Below, one piece after another: positions 32,105-42,710 of a DNA stretch of 61,964 nucleotides. Numbering within the stretch: position 1 is the stretch's first letter; every line of letters starts with the position of its first letter. The position numbers and the translations under genes are program-made. Source of the DNA: Actinomycetes bacterium (lineage in GTDB: Bacteria > Actinomycetota > Acidimicrobiia > Acidimicrobiales > JAJZXF01). The stretch is taken from contig JAJZXF010000006.1 of NCBI GenBank assembly GCA_021802485.1, forward strand, positions 1-61,964. Direction: 5' to 3'. A model generated the notes under the pieces. It saw only the letters and a program-made list of their open reading frames with translations, had not been told where the DNA came from and searched no databases.

Positions 32105-32409
32105 TGCGCATTCGAAAGGGAGACCGCGTGCGGGTACTGACCGGCAAGGAGGCCGGGCGCGAGGGTGAGGTCATGAGGGCCATCCCGCGCAAGCACAAGG
32201 TGCTCGTAGCGGGTGTCAATATGGCCAAGCGACACGTACGGCCGAGTGGGAGCACAATGCAAGGTGGCATAATTGACAAGGACATGCCGCTGCAGGTGTC
32301 AGCCATTGCGATCATCTGCCATAGCTGCGGGCCTACCCGCATTGGTGTGCGTATCGACGAACAGGGTCGCAAGGTGCGCGTGTGTCGTAAGTGCGGTGGC
32401 GATCTGTGA
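32104..32409 (+). CDS. rplX: 50S ribosomal protein L24
   Basis: [16 protein letters not shown] (KOW motif), QGGII. Confidence 0.98.
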   Translation: MRIRKGDRVRVLTGKEAGREGEVMRAIPRKHKVLVAGVNMAKRHVRPSGSTMQGGIIDKDMPLQVSAIAIICHSCGPTRIGVRIDEQGRKVRVCRKCGGDL

Positions 32410-33101
32410 GCGCGGCCAAGACCACAGCCAAGACAGCGGTATCCGATGTCACAGAACCAAGCAAAGTGCCTTCCGCGTCCAAGACGAAGGAGAAGCAGCC
32501 GCGAGGTGTAAAGAAGGCCGCTGCAACGGCGAAAGGCCGAGCGCCCTCCTCACTACCTCGATTGAAGGCCCGTTATGAGGATCAAGTGCGCGGTTCGCTG
32601 CGCGAGCAGCTCGGGCTTCAGAACATCATGGAGGTCCCGCGGTTGGACAAGATCGTGGTCAATATGGGAGTGGGTCGCGCCACCCAGCAGCAGTCGTTGA
32701 TTGAGGGCGCTGTTCGGGACCTTCAGATCATTGCTGGCCAGCGCCCGGTTGTGACAAAGGCACGTCGATCCATAGCAGCGTTCAAGTTGCGCGAGGGCAA
32801 TGCGATCGGTGTCAAGGTGACGGTCCGGGGCGACCGGGCATGGGAGCTGTTCGATCGGCTTATCAGTATTGCTATACCCCGAATAAGGGACTTCCGCGGT
32901 CTTTCCCCAAAGTCCTTCGACGGGAGAGGGAACTACACGTTCGGGGTCGCTGAGCAGATCGTGTTCCCTGAAATTGATTACGACAAAGTCGATGCGGTGA
33001 GAGGAATGGACATAACTATTGTGACAACTGCGCGTGATGACCAAGGCGGCCGTGCATTTCTAGCTGCTTTTGGGTTTCCACTGCGCCCAGAGGCGTCATA
33101 A
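32406..33101 (+). CDS. rplE: 50S ribosomal protein L5 (N-terminal extension)
   Basis: [28 protein letters not shown]; GTG 32406 overlaps the rplX stop. Confidence 0.97.
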   Translation: MSAAKTTAKTAVSDVTEPSKVPSASKTKEKQPRGVKKAAATAKGRAPSSLPRLKARYEDQVRGSLREQLGLQNIMEVPRLDKIVVNMGVGRATQQQSLIEGAVRDLQIIAGQRPVVTKARRSIAAFKLREGNAIGVKVTVRGDRAWELFDRLISIAIPRIRDFRGLSPKSFDGRGNYTFGVAEQIVFPEIDYDKVDAVRGMDITIVTTARDDQGGRAFLAAFGFPLRPEAS

Positions 33102-33120
33102 GGGCCTGGAGGAGAGTCGA

Positions 33121-33306
33121 ATGGCGAAGAAGGCGCTGGTTGAAAAGCAGCAGCGGAAACCGAAGTTTAAGGTGCGAGGATACACACGCTGCCTGCGTTG
33201 CGGGCGACCGAAGGCTGTCTACCGTAAGTTCGGTCTATGCCGCATCTGCTTGCGGCAAATGGTCCACAACGGTGAGATACCCGGCGTCACGAAGGCAAGT
33301 TGGTGA
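33121..33306 (+). CDS. rpsN: 30S ribosomal protein S14 type Z (Zn-binding)
   Basis: MAKKAL...YTRCLRCGR...GLCRICLR...PGVTKASW; GGAGGAG RBS. Confidence 0.98.
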   Translation: MAKKALVEKQQRKPKFKVRGYTRCLRCGRPKAVYRKFGLCRICLRQMVHNGEIPGVTKASW

Positions 33307-33412
33307 CGGGCATGGGACCGCGTTTGCCGGGAGTGTTCAGTGCGAGAGATATGTCGGCGAGCAGTGTATCTCCGCGGGGGTTAGGGGAGATCGCAGTGGG
33401 TGGTGACGTTAT

Positions 33413-33817
33413 ATGACCATGACAGATTCCATCGCTGATATGCTCACGCGTATCCGCAACGCTAACGTCGCGATGCACGACACCGTACGGATGCCAGCCT
33501 CCAAGCTGAAGGAGGCACTTGCTGTGATTCTCGAGCAAGAGGGCTACATAGCAAGTTTCAGGGTCGACGCACAGGATCAGGCGCCGTTTAACGTCTTGGA
33601 GATTGAGCTCAAGTACACCGTGGACCGGCGTAGAGTGATCGGCGGGCTGCGCAGGGTGTCAAAGCCAGGCCTGCGGGTCTATGCTCGCTCGGACAAGTTG
33701 CCGCGGGTTCTCGGTGGTATGGGCATAGCCGTGTTGTCTACGAGCCGCGGTCTCATGACTGATCGGGAGGCGCGCAAGAGCAAGGTCGGTGGGGAGGTCC
33801 TCTGCTATGTGTGGTGA
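33413..33817 (+). CDS. rpsH: 30S ribosomal protein S8
   Basis: [31 protein letters not shown]. Confidence 0.99.
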   Translation: MTMTDSIADMLTRIRNANVAMHDTVRMPASKLKEALAVILEQEGYIASFRVDAQDQAPFNVLEIELKYTVDRRRVIGGLRRVSKPGLRVYARSDKLPRVLGGMGIAVLSTSRGLMTDREARKSKVGGEVLCYVW

Positions 33818-33889
33818 CGGCTACAGGCGTGGTGACCGCTATTTCAGCGTTCAGGTGCAAGCACGAGCAGAACAGCTAGGAGCGCGAGA

Positions 33890-34429
33890 GTGTCAAGGAT
33901 AGGCAGTGCCCCGATACCGGTACCATCCGGTGTGGTGGTTGATCTTTCCAGCGATTCAGTGTCGGTGAGGGGGCCACTCGGCGTGCTAGAGAGAACGGTG
34001 CCGTTCGGGATCACGGTGAGCGTCGAAGACCAAGTGCTGGTGGTGAAGAGGGCAGACGACGAGCGTCGGACCAGAGCTCTCCACGGGCTCACGCGCGCGC
34101 TAGTGAACAATATGGTGTTGGGTGTGACCGAGGGCTTCTCCAAGCATCTCGAACTGGTGGGGGTCGGCTACAGGGCGATCCCCAAGGGCCAGCACCAGCT
34201 GGAGTTGGCCCTTGGCTTCTCACATCCGGTCGTGGTGGACGCTCCCGAGGGAGTGACCTTCGAGGTGCCTGCGCCCAACCGGGTGAAGGTCACCGGTATT
34301 GATAAGGAGGCGGTGGGCCAAGTGGCTGCTGATATCCGTAAGCTTCGCAAGCCAGAGCCGTACAAGGGCAAGGGAGTGCGCTACGCAGGAGAGACGATAC
34401 TCAGAAAAGCTGGGAAGGCGGCTAAGTGA
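33890..34429 (+). CDS. rplF: 50S ribosomal protein L6
   Basis: [20 protein letters not shown]. Confidence 0.99.
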   Translation: MSRIGSAPIPVPSGVVVDLSSDSVSVRGPLGVLERTVPFGITVSVEDQVLVVKRADDERRTRALHGLTRALVNNMVLGVTEGFSKHLELVGVGYRAIPKGQHQLELALGFSHPVVVDAPEGVTFEVPAPNRVKVTGIDKEAVGQVAADIRKLRKPEPYKGKGVRYAGETILRKAGKAAK

Positions 34430-34791
34430 TGAGTGACACGAGGCGGGAGGCGGTGCTGAGAGGACGTCGTCATGCACGCATCAGGCGACGTCTATCCGGT
34501 ACGACGGAGCGGCCGAGGCTGTCTGTTTACCGTTCAAACCGGCACATTTTCGCGCAGGTCATCGACGACTCGCAGGGCCATACACTTGCCGCAGCCTCGA
34601 GCGTCGAGCCAGCACTGAGAGCGGACGGCACGGGAAATACAGCTGGCGCTGATCGTGTTGGTCGCCTTGTTGCTGAGCGGGCCCGCAAAGCTGGGGTGAA
34701 GGTCGTGGTATTCGACCGGGGCGGGTTTCGCTTCCACGGTCGTGTTGCAGCACTCGCGCAGGCCGCGAGGAACGCTGGGTTGGAGTTCTAA
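34426..34791 (+). CDS. rplR: 50S ribosomal protein L18
   Basis: [31 protein letters not shown]. Confidence 0.98.
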   Translation: MMSDTRREAVLRGRRHARIRRRLSGTTERPRLSVYRSNRHIFAQVIDDSQGHTLAAASSVEPALRADGTGNTAGADRVGRLVAERARKAGVKVVVFDRGGFRFHGRVAALAQAARNAGLEF

Positions 34792-35349
34792 GTGGTGGAT
34801 CCGCAGTTCGAAGAACGTACAATTAGGGTCAACAGGGTTGCAAAGGTTGTCAAGGGCGGCCGCCGCTTCTCATTCACGGCTCTTATGGTTGTTGGGGATG
34901 TCAATGGCAGGGTTGGCCTCGGGTATGGCAAGGCAAAAGAGGCTGGTCTCGCAGTGCAAAAGGGTCTGGAAGATGCCCGCAAGAACATGTTCGATGTTCC
35001 CTTGGCTGGCGGCACAATCACGCATCCGGTAATCGGAACCAGCGGGGCCGGCAGGGTGCTGCTGAAGCCCGCGGCGCCTGGGACAGGGGTCATAGCTGGC
35101 GGCGCAGCGAGAGCAATCCTGGAGATGGCGGGTGTGCGCGACGTCTTGACGAAGTCACTTGGCTCATCCAATGGGATCAATGTCGCTCATGCGACGGTCG
35201 CGGGGCTCAAGGCGCTTACCGATCCTGACAGCGTGGGGTTGCTGCGTGGAAGGCCTGCGAGTGAGATCGTTCCAGCGGGCGTCCTGCGAGCTTGGAGGGC
35301 GGGAAAGGAACGTAGTGCAGGCGGCACCGAGGATGGTGCACAGGCATGA
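34792..35349 (+). CDS. rpsE: 30S ribosomal protein S5
   Basis: [24 protein letters not shown]. Confidence 0.99.
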   Translation: MVDPQFEERTIRVNRVAKVVKGGRRFSFTALMVVGDVNGRVGLGYGKAKEAGLAVQKGLEDARKNMFDVPLAGGTITHPVIGTSGAGRVLLKPAAPGTGVIAGGAARAILEMAGVRDVLTKSLGSSNGINVAHATVAGLKALTDPDSVGLLRGRPASEIVPAGVLRAWRAGKERSAGGTEDGAQA

Positions 35350-35714
35350 GTACCGGTAGTGTTGTGAGCAGGACCAGCGTCCCCGCTGGAGGCGCTGGTG
35401 ATCGGGGCCCCTCAGAGCTAAAGCGATCGCGTTCACGGGCAAAGACCTCGACGCGAGAAGTAGCTAGCGGCCCAGACGTCACCTCATTGGACCCGAGGAT
35501 CCAGGTGACGATGGTGCGCTCGTCAATTGGAGCGCGCCCGAAGCACCGTGGTGGCCTGCGGGCTTTGGGGCTTCGCAGGATTGGCCACACGAGGAACCTT
35601 CCCGACCGCCCGGAGATTCGCGGCATGATAGCGAGAGTGTCGCACCTGGTCGAAGTGAAAGAGATTCCTGGAGCTGGCGAGGACAGGACCCATAGCAAGC
35701 GAAGGGACACGTGA
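35346..35714 (+). CDS. rpmD: 50S ribosomal protein L30 with an N-terminal extension
   Basis: [34 protein letters not shown]. Confidence 0.93.
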   Translation: MSTGSVVSRTSVPAGGAGDRGPSELKRSRSRAKTSTREVASGPDVTSLDPRIQVTMVRSSIGARPKHRGGLRALGLRRIGHTRNLPDRPEIRGMIARVSHLVEVKEIPGAGEDRTHSKRRDT

Positions 35715-36250
35715 TGGGAGCCGTGATTAAGCTTCATGACCTGAAGCCCGCACCAGGGTCGAAACGTGCCGGCAGGAGGGTTGCCCGTGGGATCGGGGGC
35801 AAGGGTGGCAAGACAGCCGGTAGAGGCACGAAGGGCCAGAAGGCCCGAGGAACGGTGAGAGCGGGTTTTGAGGGCGGCCAGCTCCCGCTGGTCCAGCGCG
35901 TCCCGAAGTTGAAGGGGTTCAAGAACCCATTTCGTGTCGAATATCGGGTGATCAATCTCGACGCGCTTGACACCCTCGATCTGGCAAGGATCGCCGTTCG
36001 TCCAAGTGATGGAGCGGTCCCGGTGGTTTCGCCGGAGACACTTGCCTCGCTCGGCCTGGTCCGCAAGGGGTCTTTGGTCAAGGTTCTCGGCAGGGGAGAG
36101 GTCCACCGTGCGATGCATGTGAAGGCGCATCGCTTTTCAGGATCAGCAGAGAGGGCGATTGTCCAAGCTGGTGGCAGCATCGAGGTGTTGGCGCTCCCAT
36201 TTGGCCATGGTCGTCCACCTGCTCGTGGCAATGCACTGACTAATCGTTAG
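35711..36250 (+). CDS. rplO: 50S ribosomal protein L15
   Basis: LHDLKPAPGS, GKTAGRGTKGQKAR, GFEGGQLPL; the start may be GTG 35723. Confidence 0.98.
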   Translation: MMGAVIKLHDLKPAPGSKRAGRRVARGIGGKGGKTAGRGTKGQKARGTVRAGFEGGQLPLVQRVPKLKGFKNPFRVEYRVINLDALDTLDLARIAVRPSDGAVPVVSPETLASLGLVRKGSLVKVLGRGEVHRAMHVKAHRFSGSAERAIVQAGGSIEVLALPFGHGRPPARGNALTNR

Positions 36251-36276
36251 GTCGGCCGGGGAAGGATATCGGAACG

Positions 36277-37572
36277 ATGCTTTCAAATCTGAAAAACATC
36301 CTGAAGGTTCCCGACCTACGGAACAAGATCATATTCACGCTTGTGGTCATAGCGATCTACCAGCTCGGGACCTACGCTCCGGTACCTGGTGTCAGCTTTG
36401 CCGCGGTCCAGAAACTTGTGAACGCATCTAAGAGCAGCGGGATACTTGGCTTTTTGGATCTTTTCTCGGGTGGAGCTCTTACGCGGATGTCGGTGTTTGG
36501 GCTTGGCATCATGCCCTATATCACGAGCTCCATCATCATTCAGCTACTCGCGACTGTGATACCGAAGTTTGAAGAGTGGCGTGATCAGGGAGCCGCTGGG
36601 CAGAAGAAGCTCACGCAGGTGACCCGGTATCTTACGGTGACGCTGGCGTTGATGCAGTCGACGGGGCTTGCATATGCCTTCCATCATGGCGGCGCAGGCT
36701 TTTTCACCTCATCAGCGTCGATCGATCTTTTCCCCCACTTCGATCTGGGACATGTCGCCTTCTTCGTGATGACGATGACTGCTGGCACGGCGTTTGTGAT
36801 GTGGCTTGGCGAGCTGATCACTCAAAGGGGCATAGGGCAAGGGATGTCGATCCTAATCTTCGCGAATGTGGTCGCGTTCATCGTTCCAGGCGGCCACGGC
36901 ATCCTTGCTGAAGGCGGTGACGTAAAGTTCATAGCGTTCATCCTCCTCGCGGTTGCATTAATAGTCGCGATCGTCTTCATGGAGCTAGGTCAGCGTCGTA
37001 TCCCGGTGACATTCGCGAAACGTGTCGTCGGCCGCCAGATTTACGGAGGCCAGAGCACTTACCTCCCGTTGAAGGTGAACCAAGCGGGTGTCATACCAAT
37101 CATCTTTGCGACCTCGATCCTGTACTTCCCGATCCTTTTGTCGAACATCATTCCTTCGGTGGGGATGCGGTCATGGATCAACAGCAACCTGACGCCTACG
37201 AGCCTTGTCTACATCGGCATCTATTCTGTGCTCATATTTGGTTTTACCTTCTTTTATGCCACGGTGGCCTTTGATCCGTACCAGAATGCGGATGTGATCC
37301 GCAAGCAAGGTGGCTACATACCCGGGATACGTCCCGGTCCACCCACGGAGCGATATCTCGCGCGGACTCTCAATCGCATCACGTTTCCCGGTGCACTGTT
37401 CCTTGTGGTTGTGGCGGTGACCCCGTCGCTGCTCCTTGTGGTTTGGAACATCAACACCTTCCCATTTGCCGGTACTACACTGTTGATTGCCGCTGGCGTT
37501 GCACTAGAGACCATGAAGCAGGTAGACAGCCAGCTCATGATGCGCAACTATGACGGCTTTCTGAAACAGTGA
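36277..37572 (+). CDS. secY: Preprotein translocase subunit SecY
   Basis: LGIMPYITSSII.QLL, WLGELITQRGIG.G.S, GVIPIIFA, IPGIRPG. Confidence 0.99.
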   Translation: MLSNLKNILKVPDLRNKIIFTLVVIAIYQLGTYAPVPGVSFAAVQKLVNASKSSGILGFLDLFSGGALTRMSVFGLGIMPYITSSIIIQLLATVIPKFEEWRDQGAAGQKKLTQVTRYLTVTLALMQSTGLAYAFHHGGAGFFTSSASIDLFPHFDLGHVAFFVMTMTAGTAFVMWLGELITQRGIGQGMSILIFANVVAFIVPGGHGILAEGGDVKFIAFILLAVALIVAIVFMELGQRRIPVTFAKRVVGRQIYGGQSTYLPLKVNQAGVIPIIFATSILYFPILLSNIIPSVGMRSWINSNLTPTSLVYIGIYSVLIFGFTFFYATVAFDPYQNADVIRKQGGYIPGIRPGPPTERYLARTLNRITFPGALFLVVVAVTPSLLLVVWNINTFPFAGTTLLIAAGVALETMKQVDSQLMMRNYDGFLKQ

Positions 37573-37655
37573 CCGCTACAGTCGTTGCTTGCGACCGAAC
37601 GTCGTCTCTTGCCGGAGACCGTTGCAGCCTGTGTACCGAGGACTTGCTGAGCTAA

Positions 37656-38339
37656 GTGGCGCCAGGGCTGAGGCTTGTGATGCTTGGCAAGCAGGGAGCG
37701 GGGAAAGGGACGCAGTGCGTAAGGCTCTCGCATCACTACGTTATTCCACACATATCGACTGGAGACATGCTGCGAGCGGCGCTGAAGGCCGGTCGCAGCC
37801 TCGGCAATAAGGTCGGCGATGCGATCGCATCCGGCGAGCTACTCGCGGATGAGCTGGTGGTGTCGATGGTTGCTGAGCGTTTGGAGCAGGACGACACAAG
37901 GCGTAGGGGGTTCGTGCTCGACGGCTTTCCGAGAACTATCGAACAGGCGAAGGCTCTGCGGAGCCTTCTTGCGCCAGCGGATGTAGATATGGCCGTCAAC
38001 CTCACCATCCCCACAGCACAAGTGCTGAAGCGCCTTGCTGGTCGCAGGGTATGCGCGGACTGTGGTGCGAACTACCATGTCACCGCCTTGCCTAAGGTGG
38101 ACTGGACCTGTGACGTGTGTGGCGGCGAAGTGGTCCAGCGTGAGGATGATACTGAAGACGCGATTCGTCGGAGGTTGGGCCTTTACGAGCGCGAGACTGC
38201 GCCTCTCATAGCGTGGTATGAAGAGCATTCGCGGGTTATGTCAATAAGCGGGGTGGGGAGCCAGGATACGGTCGGTGCGCGCGTGATCCGGGCAGTCGAC
38301 AGCTACCTGCGTCGGCGAGACCGGAGTGTTCGAAAGTGA
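37656..38339 (+). CDS. adk: Adenylate kinase (Zn-lid type)
   Basis: GKQGAGKGTQ, HISTGDMLR, LDGFPRT, CxxC...CxxC lid. Confidence 0.98.
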   Translation: MAPGLRLVMLGKQGAGKGTQCVRLSHHYVIPHISTGDMLRAALKAGRSLGNKVGDAIASGELLADELVVSMVAERLEQDDTRRRGFVLDGFPRTIEQAKALRSLLAPADVDMAVNLTIPTAQVLKRLAGRRVCADCGANYHVTALPKVDWTCDVCGGEVVQREDDTEDAIRRRLGLYERETAPLIAWYEEHSRVMSISGVGSQDTVGARVIRAVDSYLRRRDRSVRK

Positions 38340-39076
38340 CCCGCAGCGAGTCTGAGATAGCCAAGATGCGCCTCGCTGGTCGGGTGGTCGCGGAGATGCA
38401 CGAGAAGCTGCGTGAGGCGATCCGCCCTGGGGTTACAACTAGCGAGCTGAACAAGGTCGCGGCTGGTGTCCTCGAAAAAAGGGGTGCCCGCTCGAATTTC
38501 CTTGGCTACCACGGCTATCCGGCGGTCATATGCACATCTCCGAACAACGTCATCGTTCACGGAATTCCGGGAGAACGGCGGGTGGTCGATGGAGATATCA
38601 TCTCGCTCGATTGTGGCGCGATCGTCGAGGGATATCACGGCGATGCGGCTTTTACCGCGCCAGTCGGGAGCGTGAGCGCTGAGGCGCTCCGCCTGATCGA
38701 AGTGACCGAGCACAGCTTATGGGCCGGTATAGATGCCATGTGGCCCGGTAGGCGACTTCACGAGATCGGCAAGGCTGTCCAGGAGGTTGCCGAGCAGGCT
38801 GGCTTCTCCGTGGTGCGCGAGTACGTCGGGCATGCGATTGGCACCGAGATGCACGAGGATCCCCAGGTTCCAAACTACTGGCCTGGCGCTCCGGGCCCAA
38901 TGCTCAAGATTGGAAATGTCTTCGCAGTGGAGCCTATGGTGAACTTGGGAACCCCAGCGACACGGTTGCTGAAGGACGGTTGGACAGTGGTCACAGCCGA
39001 CGGTAAACTCTCTGCGCACTTCGAGCACACGATTGCCGTGACTGAAGAGGGCCCGGTGGTGCTGACCGTTGCCTGA
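38336..39076 (+). CDS. map: Type I methionine aminopeptidase
   Basis: HGIP, GDIISLD, GHAIG..MHEDP, AVEPM, SAHFEHT. Confidence 0.98.
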   Translation: MTRSESEIAKMRLAGRVVAEMHEKLREAIRPGVTTSELNKVAAGVLEKRGARSNFLGYHGYPAVICTSPNNVIVHGIPGERRVVDGDIISLDCGAIVEGYHGDAAFTAPVGSVSAEALRLIEVTEHSLWAGIDAMWPGRRLHEIGKAVQEVAEQAGFSVVREYVGHAIGTEMHEDPQVPNYWPGAPGPMLKIGNVFAVEPMVNLGTPATRLLKDGWTVVTADGKLSAHFEHTIAVTEEGPVVLTVA

Positions 39077-39325
39077 GCTGCTAAGCTATTATGCACGCCT
39101 TCAGCACTGTTGCCGGATGCGGTGTTTTAGGCCGCCTCGGGCATGTGGGGCGTCTTGAGCGCCCCCGTCAGAGGGTGTTGCCTAGGCGAACAGGAATGGC
39201 GCAAGTGACGTGCTGGTGCTCTGGCCAGCTTATTGAAGTAACTCAGAGGCAGCGCAGCTGGTCAAAATGGCGCGCATCATTGTACAGGGACGGATTATGC
39301 AGGGACAACGACAAGGAGGAAGGTT

Positions 39326-39565
39326 CTGCCTAAGACCAAAGAGCTAAAGACCAAGGAGGAGGCGATCGTCCTGGAGGGCACGGTTGTCGAACCCCTTCCG
39401 AACGCCATGTTCCGGGTCGAGCTCGAGAACGGCCATAAGATCCTTGCACACAGTTCCGGTAAGATGCGCATGCACAGGATCCGGATCCTTCCCGGTGATC
39501 GAGTCCAGGTCGAGATCACTCCGTATGACCTGACTAGGGGACGGGTCACATACCGCTACAAGTGA
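39326..39565 (+). CDS. infA: Translation initiation factor IF-1 (probable CTG start)
   Basis: Manual translation (L/M)[78 protein letters not shown]; AAGGAGG lies 6 nt upstream of the CTG; absent from the ORF track. Confidence 0.95.
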   Translation: MPKTKELKTKEEAIVLEGTVVEPLPNAMFRVELENGHKILAHSSGKMRMHRIRILPGDRVQVEITPYDLTRGRVTYRYK

Positions 39566-39653
39566 CACCCCAGGAGTCACTTCCGAACAACCAGCTAATG
39601 CCCCACGAGGCCCGCATGGGACGGACCGCGGTGGCAATGATCAGAAAGCAGTC

Positions 39654-39767
39654 ATGAAGGTACGACCAAGCGTGAAGCCGATATGTGAGAAGTGCAAGGT
39701 GATCCGACGTCACCGGCGCGTTATGGTGATCTGCACGAATCCGCGGCACAAGCAGCGCCAAGGCTGA
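39654..39767 (+). CDS. rpmJ: 50S ribosomal protein L36
   Basis: Manual translation [37 protein letters not shown]. Confidence 0.98.
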   Translation: MKVRPSVKPICEKCKVIRRHRRVMVICTNPRHKQRQG

Positions 39768-39783
39768 GGGTAGAGACAAAGGT

Positions 39784-40164
39784 ATGGCACGTATAGCCGG
39801 AGTTGATGTTCCTCGCGACAAGCGTCTGGAGATAGCGCTCACCTATGTGCACGGTATAGGTGCTCCGTCGTCAAGGCGCATCTGCGCGGAAACCGGTCTC
39901 AGCGCAGATACGAGGGTGCGCGATCTCACTGATGAAGAGGTTGGCCGTCTCCGAAGCTGGATCGACGCGAACCTCAGGGTCGAGGGGGATCTGCGTCGCG
40001 AGGTTGCCCAAGATATCAAGCGAAAGATGGAGATCAACTGTTATCAGGGGATCCGTCACCGAAGGGGGCTTCCCGTACACGGGCAACGCACCCATACAAA
40101 TGCCCGTACACGCAAAGGTCCGAAGAAGACAGTGGCCGGTAAGAAGAAAGTTCGAAAGCACTGA
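39784..40164 (+). CDS. rpsM: 30S ribosomal protein S13
   Basis: [31 protein letters not shown]. Confidence 0.99.
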   Translation: MARIAGVDVPRDKRLEIALTYVHGIGAPSSRRICAETGLSADTRVRDLTDEEVGRLRSWIDANLRVEGDLRREVAQDIKRKMEINCYQGIRHRRGLPVHGQRTHTNARTRKGPKKTVAGKKKVRKH

Positions 40165-40568
40165 TGCCAAAGGGAAAGCCATCAAGCGGGCCACGGCGTG
40201 TCCGAAAGCGCGAGCGCAAGAATGTTACCTACGGGGTCGCGCACATCAAGAGTTCCTTCAACAACACGATCGTCTCCATCACGGACCCGGATGGCAACGT
40301 CCTATCCTGGGCCTCCGCAGGGAACGTCGGGTTCAAGGGCTCCAGGAAGTCAACTCCGTATGCTGCGCAGACTGCAGCTGAGGTATGTGCAAAGCGCGCA
40401 ATGGAACATGGGATAAAGAAGGTTGATGTCCAGGCGCGAGGGCCGGGCTCGGGACGCGAGATGGCGATCCGCTCGCTCGCTAACGCTGGCATAGAGGTTG
40501 CGGGCATCAAGGACGTGACTCCCATCCCGCACAATGGGTGCCGTCCGAAGAAAAGGCGCCGGGTGTGA
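40164..40568 (+). CDS. rpsK: 30S ribosomal protein S11
   Basis: [35 protein letters not shown]. Confidence 0.99.
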   Translation: MPKGKPSSGPRRVRKRERKNVTYGVAHIKSSFNNTIVSITDPDGNVLSWASAGNVGFKGSRKSTPYAAQTAAEVCAKRAMEHGIKKVDVQARGPGSGREMAIRSLANAGIEVAGIKDVTPIPHNGCRPKKRRRV

Positions 40569-40663
40569 TGGCGGCGCTGTTCTGGAAAGGTACTGATGGT
40601 GTTGACGATGAACTGCGCGGTAGCGCGACGCTGCACGCGCTCTGCGAGGAGCTGCACAGCTAG

Positions 40664-41311
40664 ATGGCACGATATACAGGACCGGTTTGCAGGTTGTGCC
40701 GGCGAGAGAGGACCAAGTTATTCCTAAAGGGGCAGCGTTGCGACACGTCCAAGTGCCCCGTGAGCGGGGATCCTAACGACAGGGGTAAGCGCGCTTTCCC
40801 GCCGGGAGAGCATGGTAGGGACAGGATGCGCCAGGGCTCGGAGTACCTTGCCCAGTTGCGGGAGAAGCAAAAGGCACGCCGGATTTACGGGGTGCTTGAG
40901 CGTCAGTTTGTCAACCTCTACGAAGAAGCGACACGGCAGCCTGGCATCACGGGCGAGAACCTCTTGCGCATGTTAGAGCTGCGGCTGGACAACGTGGCAT
41001 TCCGCGCGAGCTGGGGTGCCAGCCGCTCCCAAGCCCGCCAGCTGGTGAACCACGGCCACATCCGGGTCAACGGGAAGCGGGTAACAATAGCTAGTTATCG
41101 CTTGCGCGTTGGCGACGCGGTGTCGTTGTCGGATGCCGCGGGCGAGCTCGTTGTGTTGCGCCATAATCTCGACACACTCGACAGGCAGCCACCGTCATGG
41201 CTCGAATGGCACGAAAACCGGCGGTCAGTTACCGTTCTTCGTGTTCCAGAGCGGGCGGACATGGACGAGTCCATCAGGGAGCAGCTCATCGTTGAGCTGT
41301 ACTCGAAGTGA
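40664..41311 (+). CDS. rpsD: 30S ribosomal protein S4
   Basis: MARYTGPVCRLCRRE, QLREKQK, LELRLDN, LIVELYSK. Confidence 0.99.
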   Translation: MARYTGPVCRLCRRERTKLFLKGQRCDTSKCPVSGDPNDRGKRAFPPGEHGRDRMRQGSEYLAQLREKQKARRIYGVLERQFVNLYEEATRQPGITGENLLRMLELRLDNVAFRASWGASRSQARQLVNHGHIRVNGKRVTIASYRLRVGDAVSLSDAAGELVVLRHNLDTLDRQPPSWLEWHENRRSVTVLRVPERADMDESIREQLIVELYSK

Positions 41312-41399
41312 TCCCCAGGCTAGTTATGGCAACCCAGGACATCACCAGACCCCAGAACCCCGACCCTAATACCACGACGATTCAGGAGTTACGATTTAC

Positions 41400-42347
41400 A
41401 TGCTCATGATCCAGCGCCCCAGCGTTGAAACGCTCGGCGAGGAAACCGAAAATCGGCAACGGTTCGCCGTTGGGCCGCTTGACCCTGGTTTTGGGCATAC
41501 GCTGGGCAACTCGTTGAGGCGAGCTCTGCTGTCGTCGATTCCAGGGGCAGCGGTGACCCAGGTGCGCTTCGATGACGCACTGCACGAGTTCACAACCCTT
41601 CCAGGGGTGACGGAGGACGTGACCGACATTATCCTCGCGCTGAAGGACCTGGTGTTGCGGATCGACTCGGATGGGCCGGTCATGCTCCGCTGTGATGTTC
41701 ACGGCCCTGGTGAGGTGACGGCTGGCGATCTGCAGGTTCCGGCTGACGTCGAGATCCTGAACCCCGAGCTGCACCTAGCGTCCTTGAATGCAAAGGGTCG
41801 CCTTGCGATGGACGTCATGGCGGACCGGGGGAAGGGATACGTATCTGCTGACCGGAACAAGCGTACCCCTGAGATCGGGGTCATACCAGTGGATTCGATC
41901 TTTTCGCCCGTTCGTAGGGTTGCCTACAGCGTGGAGCCGGCGCGAGTAGAGCAGTCGACGAACTACGACCGGCTGATCCTGGATGTCGAGACTGACGGCT
42001 CAATTGCCGCCAGGGACGCGGTTGCCTCAGCTGCGGGGACGCTGGTGTCGCTCGTGTCGCTGGTCGCCGATGTCAGTGAGAATCAAGGCGGATTGGAGCT
42101 TGGTGATGTTGGTGTTACCGTCGGCAGGTCTCCTGAGCTGGAGTTGCTCATCGAGGATCTTGACCTATCGGAGAGGCCTCGCAACTGTCTAAAGAGAGCG
42201 CAGGTGAACACGATCGGCGAGTTGCTCACCAAGACGCCGGAGGACCTGCTTGCAATTACCAACTTCGGCCAGAAGTCACTTGATGAGGTCATCCAGCGAC
42301 TTGACGAGCGAGGTCTGTCGCTGCAAGAGGGCGAGTCCTCGTCGTGA
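41400..42347 (+). CDS. rpoA: RNA polymerase alpha subunit
   Basis: GFGHTLGNSLRR.LLSSIPG, DSIFSPV, NFGQKSLDEV. Confidence 0.99.
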   Translation: MLMIQRPSVETLGEETENRQRFAVGPLDPGFGHTLGNSLRRALLSSIPGAAVTQVRFDDALHEFTTLPGVTEDVTDIILALKDLVLRIDSDGPVMLRCDVHGPGEVTAGDLQVPADVEILNPELHLASLNAKGRLAMDVMADRGKGYVSADRNKRTPEIGVIPVDSIFSPVRRVAYSVEPARVEQSTNYDRLILDVETDGSIAARDAVASAAGTLVSLVSLVADVSENQGGLELGDVGVTVGRSPELELLIEDLDLSERPRNCLKRAQVNTIGELLTKTPEDLLAITNFGQKSLDEVIQRLDERGLSLQEGESSS

Positions 42348-42697
42348 GAGGTACCCCTCGAAAGGGCCGCCGCTTTGGCGGGAGCGCGTCCCACCAGAAG
42401 GCAATGATGGGCAACCTGGTCGCTTCCTTAGTGGCCGCGGAGTACGTGGTTACTACTGAGGCGAAGGCGAAGGCCCTGAGGCCGGTCGCCGAGAAGGTGG
42501 TCACAGCAGCACGCGATGGCAGCCTTCACCGGCATCGCCAGGTGGTCGCACTCATCCGGGACAAGGACATGGCACATAAGCTTTTTGAGGAGATTGGACC
42601 TCGTTATGCTGACCGTCCGGGAGGGTATACGCGGATTCTCAAGCTGGGGACACGTCAGGGTGACGGCGCTCCAATGGCCCGCATCGAGTTCGTATAG
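42344..42697 (+). CDS. rplQ: 50S ribosomal protein L17
   Basis: TTEAKAKALRP, RPGGYTRILK...R.GDGAPMA.IE. Confidence 0.98.
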   Translation: MRGTPRKGRRFGGSASHQKAMMGNLVASLVAAEYVVTTEAKAKALRPVAEKVVTAARDGSLHRHRQVVALIRDKDMAHKLFEEIGPRYADRPGGYTRILKLGTRQGDGAPMARIEFV

Positions 42698-42710
42698 ATC
42701 TGGTTCGTAG

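Noticed and set aside
35216-36130. 304-aa antisense ORF over rpsE-rpmD-rplO, and similar antisense ORFs across the operons
   Set aside because: Antisense shadows of highly conserved GC-rich genes.
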